Shown one piece after another: positions 57,886 to 63,514 of a stretch of 63,514 nt of DNA. Positions within the stretch are counted from its first letter, which is position 1; the number at the start of each line of letters is the position of its first letter. Under the pieces are notes generated by a model. It made no database searches. It had not been told where the DNA came from and saw nothing but the letters and a program-made list of their open reading frames with translations. A program made the translations under genes and the position numbers. The stretch lies in sequence record DRR723986_6594; one strand, 5' to 3'.

Positions 57886-59526
57886 TTATCTTAAAATACC
57901 AGTGTATTGCGAAGGATTATTAAGAATACTAAGTGCCTTTTTAATCTCATTATTATTCACTGTATAATATGTATATAGTCCTTCACTATAGAAATAACGT
58001 TTAATAATTTCATCTGTTATAAGAGATTTTAATTGGGCTTTGTTTTGATCTATTGCATTTGACTTATAAGCTTGTAATGCTGAATTTAAATTATTATACT
58101 CAGAGTCAATTACACCTTCTAATTCTTCTTCTTTAGCAATTGCAATAGCATCGTTTAAGGCTTCTTCTGTTTTTGTTTTAAAATCAAAACCAGTTGTTTT
58201 TAGATAATTTTTAAAATCATTAAAATCTGAATCAGCCAGATTAAAGCTTTTTAAGTCTTCAATAGTATTATTGTAATAATAATTAGTGGCAAAATTAAAA
58301 ACTAAATTTTCGTTTAAAATAGCCTTTGTAATTGGTGTTTGTTTTGCAAATTCTACCTCTATATCTGGTTGTACGCCTCCACCATCAAATACATCTCTTC
58401 CATTTCTGGTTTTAAAAGCATTGTAGTTCTCTTTTTTTGTTCTTGTAGCTTTTCCGTTTTCATCTCTATTCCAGTAATCTAAAGCCTGTATACAACGTCC
58501 AGAAGGTGTGTAATATCTAGAAATGGTAATCTTCATTTGAGTACCGTAAGTTAGTGGTTTAGGCCTTTGTACTAATCCTTTACCAAAACTACGTGTCCCT
58601 ACAACAACTGCTCTATCCATATCTTGTAAAGCACCAGATACAATTTCACTAGCTGATGCACTACTTCCATCAACCAAAACCACTAATGGTATTTCTGTAT
58701 CTAAAGGATTACGAGGTGTATAATAGGTTTTATTATATTTCTTAACTTTTGATTTTGTTGTTACAACTAATTGATCCTTAGGTACAAAAATATTAGTAAC
58801 ATTAACAGCTTCACTTAATAATCCACCAGGATTACCTCTAAGATCAAGAATAAGTTGTGTAGCTCCTTGATTTTTTAAAGTTCTAATAGCACTAATTGTT
58901 TCAGAAGATGCTTTATTGTTGAATTTTCTCAATACTACATATCCTGTTTTGTCATCAATCATTGAGTAATGAGGTACGGCCTTAATTTCTAAGGATTCTC
59001 TAATTATCTTAGTGGTATTAATTTTTCCTTGTCTTTTATAAGTAATATTAACTTCTGTACCTGCTGCACCTTGTAGTAAATTTGCCGCGCCATCTTTAAA
59101 ATCTGCGACAATTACATTATCTACTTTTATAATTTCATCTCCCGCTTTAAGTCCTGCTTTATCTGCAGCATAATTTTTATAAGGCTCTACAATGACTAAC
59201 TTATCTTTTAATGTTAAAACTTTAGCACCAATACCAGTATAGTCTCCTGCATTATTAATACGTGAGGCTTGCACATCTTGTTCGTTATAAAAACGAGTGT
59301 AAGGATCTAAATCATCTAACATGCTTTTTATAGCAGTATCCATGAGCTCTCCAGGATTGGTATCATCAACATAATTCATGTTGAGCTCTTTAAATAGTGT
59401 TGTAAATATTTCTATTTGTTTCGCTATCTCAAAGAAATCATTCTTAAATGCAGTAGCACTTAAAAACACCACTATAGCTAGTGCAGGAATGATTATTTTT
59501 TTCTTTAGTATTGTTTTCATCATCAT
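57886..59526 (-). CDS. S41 carboxy-terminal processing protease
   Basis: LDPYT, PDZ region, LDLRGNPGG, SASASEIV, GKGLVQ and YYTPSGR motifs. Confidence 0.95.
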   Translation of the reverse strand: MMMKTILKKKIIIPALAIVVFLSATAFKNDFFEIAKQIEIFTTLFKELNMNYVDDTNPGELMDTAIKSMLDDLDPYTRFYNEQDVQASRINNAGDYTGIGAKVLTLKDKLVIVEPYKNYAADKAGLKAGDEIIKVDNVIVADFKDGAANLLQGAAGTEVNITYKRQGKINTTKIIRESLEIKAVPHYSMIDDKTGYVVLRKFNNKASSETISAIRTLKNQGATQLILDLRGNPGGLLSEAVNVTNIFVPKDQLVVTTKSKVKKYNKTYYTPRNPLDTEIPLVVLVDGSSASASEIVSGALQDMDRAVVVGTRSFGKGLVQRPKPLTYGTQMKITISRYYTPSGRCIQALDYWNRDENGKATRTKKENYNAFKTRNGRDVFDGGGVQPDIEVEFAKQTPITKAILNENLVFNFATNYYYNNTIEDLKSFNLADSDFNDFKNYLKTTGFDFKTKTEEALNDAIAIAKEEELEGVIDSEYNNLNSALQAYKSNAIDQNKAQLKSLITDEIIKRYFYSEGLYTYYTVNNNEIKKALSILNNPSQYTGILR

Positions 59527-60335
59527 TTCTTATTTCGTTTAGCTAACCATTTTCTAATTATAAAAAATGCAATTATAACCACCAGTATAAATGGCCATAT
59601 ATATAGTATTCCTAAAAAGAACATGGACAATCCATCAAAGCCAGCTACGATTGCACTCCACATTTTTGAACCATAAGATTTAGTGACTCCTGTTTCAGTA
59701 GTTACTTTATAAAACTCTATTCTTATGGTACTAAGTGATACTTTATTTTCTAAGTATTTTAAACGTCCTTGCTTAGCTTCAATTTCCTCTCTAATAGTGG
59801 AAAGTTCACGTTCTATTTCCAGTATCTCCTTAACGTTCCTTGCTTTTTTTAATAACTCTAGATAGCGTTCTTCTAGGGTTCTTTTAGCTTTTAGACGCGC
59901 TTCTAAGTCTATAAATTCTTCGGTTACATCTTTCGAAGAAATTTGTTTTGCATCAAAAAAATCAACTGTATTACTTATATCATCGATAGTACTTTGAAAA
60001 CTCTTTGTAGGCACTCTAATAGTTAATCTTCTCGTAATCCTATTATAACCCTTATCTGCTACGTCATCTTGTATATAACCATTATATTTTTTAATAACAG
60101 TTACAATTTTACCATATGTTTTATCTAAATCTTCAGTTTGAAATGATAGATAAGACTCTTTAATGAGTTTTTGGTCAACATCTTGTTTAGATTCACTTTC
60201 AAAAGGCGCGTCAAATAAAACAGATTCCATGTCCATGTCAGAGCTATTCATTATTCCTAATGTGCCTGAATTACTAGAATTATTAGAGCATGCTAAGGGT
60301 AGCGTTAAGATGAAAAGTACAATGACGTATTTCAT
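59523..60335 (-). CDS. DUF4349-like lipoprotein (start revised to ATG 60335)
   Basis: MKYVIVLFILTLPLA-C signal; IRVP, DVTEEFIDLEARL, coiled coil and a C-terminal TM. Confidence 0.8.
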   Translation of the reverse strand: MKYVIVLFILTLPLACSNNSSNSGTLGIMNSSDMDMESVLFDAPFESESKQDVDQKLIKESYLSFQTEDLDKTYGKIVTVIKKYNGYIQDDVADKGYNRITRRLTIRVPTKSFQSTIDDISNTVDFFDAKQISSKDVTEEFIDLEARLKAKRTLEERYLELLKKARNVKEILEIERELSTIREEIEAKQGRLKYLENKVSLSTIRIEFYKVTTETGVTKSYGSKMWSAIVAGFDGLSMFFLGILYIWPFILVVIIAFFIIRKWLAKRNKK

Positions 60336-60342
60336 ATTTAAA

Positions 60343-60717
60343 TTATTTTGAAACAGTTTTTGAAAATTTTTCAAACAGCATCTTCATTACCTTATCCATT
60401 TTATCAAAACTTGTTCCATCTTTACTAATGTACAAAATCATTAACGCATAAGATGTTGAACTATTGTTAAAGTATAATGGTTTATTAAGCCTGTAAGCTT
60501 CTCGTATAAGACGTTTAATTCTATTTCTAGCGACCGCTGTTTTATGCAATCGTTTACTAACAGATACGCCAGTTTTTAGTTTGCTACCATCATCAAAAGA
60601 AGTGTCAAGATAAATAAGTCTAAGAGGAAAAACGGTTATAGCTTTACCCTCATTAAACAACCGCTCAATGTTTTTTTTATTTTTTAATTTATCTTTTTTA
60701 TTGTATGTAAATAACAT
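60343..60717 (-). CDS. rnpA: Ribonuclease P protein component
   Basis: SVSKR..KTAVARNRIKRLIREAYR (RNR motif). Confidence 0.93.
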   Translation of the reverse strand: MLFTYNKKDKLKNKKNIERLFNEGKAITVFPLRLIYLDTSFDDGSKLKTGVSVSKRLHKTAVARNRIKRLIREAYRLNKPLYFNNSSTSYALMILYISKDGTSFDKMDKVMKMLFEKFSKTVSK

Positions 60718-60859
60718 TTTTGACGTCTTGTTTTTATCCTAATAAAACTCTAAAAGCCTTTAAACATAGTACTTACAAGTTTCCCCATGATAAAAGTCAT
60801 ATTTTAAACTCAATATTTAAGTTAACTTACAAGAACTAATCAAACCCAACCTTTTAATT

Positions 60860-62704
60860 ATGGGACACTTAGATGTAAAACAACTTAAAAGCCCCAAAGA
60901 TAAAGCATTATATATTCATCATCTTGTAAAAGATTTAGAAGCATTAGATCTAATGCTAAAACGAGGGTTAATTGAGAAAGAACCTATAAGAATTGGTGCT
61001 GAACAAGAATTTTGTGTAGTCACCAACCGGTTTTTCCCAAATAATAATAGTGTAGACGTTCTCGACGCAATCAACGATGACCATTTTACAACAGAAATAG
61101 GAAAATATAATCTAGAAATAAACTCCGACCCTTTATTACTTAAAGGCAATTGTTTTACACAACTCTACAGTCAGCTTAAATTCCTTTTAGACAAAGGAAG
61201 CGAAGTGGCTAAAACCAAGGACACTAAAATTATTCTTACAGGTATATTACCAACATTAAGACTAAAGCATATTGCTCAAGATTATATGACCGATAGGCCA
61301 AGATATCATGTGTTAAATAATGCATTAAGATCATCTAGGCAAGAATGCTTCAATATTCACATTAAAGGAGTGGATGAGCTAAATCTGATTCATGATAGTG
61401 TTATGTTAGAGGCTTGTAATACTAGTTTTCAAACCCATTTGCAAATTAACCCTGACGAGTTTGTAGAAAAGTATAATTGGGCTCAGGCTATTGCCGGACC
61501 TGTATTGAGTAGCTGTGCAAACTCACCAATTCTATTTGGAAGAGAATTATGGGCAGAAACAAGAATTGCCCTTTTTACACAAAGTATAGACACAAGAGCA
61601 AATTCATTTATTCATAATGAAAAGCAATCTCGAGTAAGTTTTGGTGCAGAATGGGAAAAAGGTACAGTTACAGATATTTTTAGAGATCACATTTCAAGAT
61701 TTAGAAGCCTTTTAACTTCAGATGAACATGATGATAGCTTAGAAAAATTAGACAATGGTGAAATTCCAAAATTAAGAGCGCTTCAGTTACATAACGGCAC
61801 AGTTTACAAATGGAACCGCGTGTGTTATGGAGTAGGTGGCGGTAAACCACACTTAAGAATAGAGTGTCGTTATATTCCTTCTGGCCCTACATTGGTAGAT
61901 GAGATTGCAAATATGGTTTTTTGGGTTGGTCTAATGCTTGGTCAGTCAGAAAAGTATGAGAACATACACGAGAAAATGGACTTTAAAGATGTAAAAAATA
62001 ATTTCTTTAAAGCTGCTAGAAATGGAATGGAAACTCAATTTAAATGGAACAACACCTTAGTCTCGGCTAAAGAATTGCTTATTGAAGAATTAATACCGAT
62101 AGCAGAAAAAGGTTTGAAAAGCGCCAATATTGATAACTCTGATATTGAAAAGTATTTAGGTATCATCAAAAGACGTGCACTAACCCACAACGGTTCGCAA
62201 TGGATGGTAAATAATTACAGAAATCTTCAGAAGCACAAAACAAATTTTGAAGCTCTACAAAACATTACCGCCTATATGTATAAACATCAACTAGAAGAAA
62301 AAACAGTTGATGAGTGGGATTTATTTGATCCTGATGAGAATTTAAAAATTGATGTTAGCAGAATTGTTAAACACAACATGAATACTAAAATGCTTTTGGT
62401 GGACCAAAAAGATAGCTTAGAATTGGTAAGCAATATTATGAAATGGAAAAATATTCACCATTTACCTGTTATTAATAAACATAAAGAATTAACAGGTTTA
62501 TTAACCTGGACAGATTTAATAAAACTTGGTGATAAAGACTTACATTTATGTGTTAAAGACGTTATGACAAAAAATTTAATAACCATTTCGCAAGAGGCAC
62601 CACTTGAGGAAGCAGAACAATTAATGAAAACTCATAAAATTAATTGCCTTCCTGTAGTTAGAAATAAAGAATTATTAGGAATTTTAACGTCTAGCGATTT
62701 ATAA
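60860..62704 (+). CDS. Glutamate--cysteine ligase (GCS2)-like carboxylate-amine ligase fused to a C-terminal CBS pair
   Basis: RIGAEQEF, TEIGKYNLEIN, EACNTSFQTHLQ, HNGTVYKWNR and LRIECRYIPSGPT motifs; CBS repeats IHHLPV..GLLTWTD and INCLPVV..GILTSSD. Confidence 0.75.
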   Translation: MGHLDVKQLKSPKDKALYIHHLVKDLEALDLMLKRGLIEKEPIRIGAEQEFCVVTNRFFPNNNSVDVLDAINDDHFTTEIGKYNLEINSDPLLLKGNCFTQLYSQLKFLLDKGSEVAKTKDTKIILTGILPTLRLKHIAQDYMTDRPRYHVLNNALRSSRQECFNIHIKGVDELNLIHDSVMLEACNTSFQTHLQINPDEFVEKYNWAQAIAGPVLSSCANSPILFGRELWAETRIALFTQSIDTRANSFIHNEKQSRVSFGAEWEKGTVTDIFRDHISRFRSLLTSDEHDDSLEKLDNGEIPKLRALQLHNGTVYKWNRVCYGVGGGKPHLRIECRYIPSGPTLVDEIANMVFWVGLMLGQSEKYENIHEKMDFKDVKNNFFKAARNGMETQFKWNNTLVSAKELLIEELIPIAEKGLKSANIDNSDIEKYLGIIKRRALTHNGSQWMVNNYRNLQKHKTNFEALQNITAYMYKHQLEEKTVDEWDLFDPDENLKIDVSRIVKHNMNTKMLLVDQKDSLELVSNIMKWKNIHHLPVINKHKELTGLLTWTDLIKLGDKDLHLCVKDVMTKNLITISQEAPLEEAEQLMKTHKINCLPVVRNKELLGILTSSDL

Positions 62705-62705
62705 A

Positions 62706-63514
62706 ATGATAGAAGTGCGTCTAAAAGAAGAGAACAAAAAAGTTACAGCTCCAAATCGAATTTTTCATCATATTGTAGGTGATAAACCAGGGTCTACAAT
62801 AGTGTTTTTTAGCGGTATACATGGTAACGAAAAAGCTGGTGTTTTTGCTTTAGACAACGTACTAAAAAGCATTAAGGCTTCGGATGTACATGGAGAAATT
62901 TATGGTATTTATGGCAACATAAAAGCCTTAAATAAAAATAAGCGCTTTTTAACATCTGACCTCAATAGGATGTGGACATTGAGACAACTGAGAGCTATTG
63001 AAAAGGAAGATAATTTAACTGACGAAGAGCAAGAGCAAAAAGAACTTTTTCATTTTATAAAGCAGCTTTTCGCCAAAAACAAAAACCCATTATACTTTAT
63101 AGATTTACATACCACATCTAGTAAATCACTTCCTTTTATAACTATTAACGATGCATTAATTAATAGAAAGTTTTCCAGTTGTTTTCCTGTTCCGGTTGTC
63201 TTAGGAATTGAAGAATATTTAGATGGTCCGCTTTTAAGTTATCTAAACACTCTTGGATATGTTTCCTTAGGATTTGAATCTGGGCAACACACAGACCCAA
63301 ATGCTATAATTAATGCTGAAGCTTTTATTCATTTAGCATTAAAATATGCTGGTAATCTAAATTCTGATGATGTCAGTGAGCATGAAAATGTTTTAAAAAA
63401 TGCTTCAAAAAATGTGTCTTCAATTTTTGAAGTTATTTATAAGTATCACATTAAACCAAAAGAAGATTTTATAATGGTTGAAGGTTTTGAAAGCTTTCAA
63501 AATATTAAAAGAGG
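62706..63514 (+). CDS. Succinylglutamate desuccinylase/aspartoacylase (AstE/AspA, M14-like) family hydrolase, truncated by window edge
   Basis: Not in ORF track. ATG at 62706; GIHGNE, GNIKAL, DLNRMW, IDLHTTS and FESGQH motifs; open to the window end. Confidence 0.85.
   Translation, partial: MIEVRLKEENKKVTAPNRIFHHIVGDKPGSTIVFFSGIHGNEKAGVFALDNVLKSIKASDVHGEIYGIYGNIKALNKNKRFLTSDLNRMWTLRQLRAIEKEDNLTDEEQEQKELFHFIKQLFAKNKNPLYFIDLHTTSSKSLPFITINDALINRKFSSCFPVPVVLGIEEYLDGPLLSYLNTLGYVSLGFESGQHTDPNAIINAEAFIHLALKYAGNLNSDDVSEHENVLKNASKNVSSIFEVIYKYHIKPKEDFIMVEGFESFQNIKR

Overview
Chromosomal window from an AT-rich Bacteroidota genome, most likely a marine Flavobacteriaceae member. This is inferred from the TAnnTTTG -7 promoters, lipoproteins with acidic N-terminal patches and a GldL-like domain. 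The left ~24 kb (1.3-24 kb) is a Wzx/Wzy-type surface-glycan locus. It carries dTDP-L-rhamnose (rfbBACD) and GDP-L-fucose (gmd, fcl) genes, a PAPS module (cysQ-DUF2061-cysC-cysD-cysN, no cysH/cysIJ) and two sulfotransferases, one inverted, which suggests a sulfated rhamnose/fucose glycan. The rest is mostly core genome: tatA (missed by the ORF track), mltD, pgk, holB, mnmG, ybeY, gltX, glnS, folB, tRNA-Cys, rnr, rpiB, rnpA and alkB. Non-coding structure points to the origin region: two parS palindromes bracket mnmG, and a ~670-bp AT-rich rnr/rpiB spacer holds about ten degenerate DnaA-box-like 9-mers (probable oriC, with no dnaA in the window). Other items of interest are a glutamate-cysteine-ligase-like/CBS gene coupled to an AstE/AspA-family hydrolase, the GH3/DUF6909 pair, an unannotated double-lesion pseudogene, REP-like hairpins in 5' leaders and two candidate leaderless mRNAs. 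No CRISPR array, transposase, integrase or prophage was seen. All family assignments come from motif recognition, not database searches.
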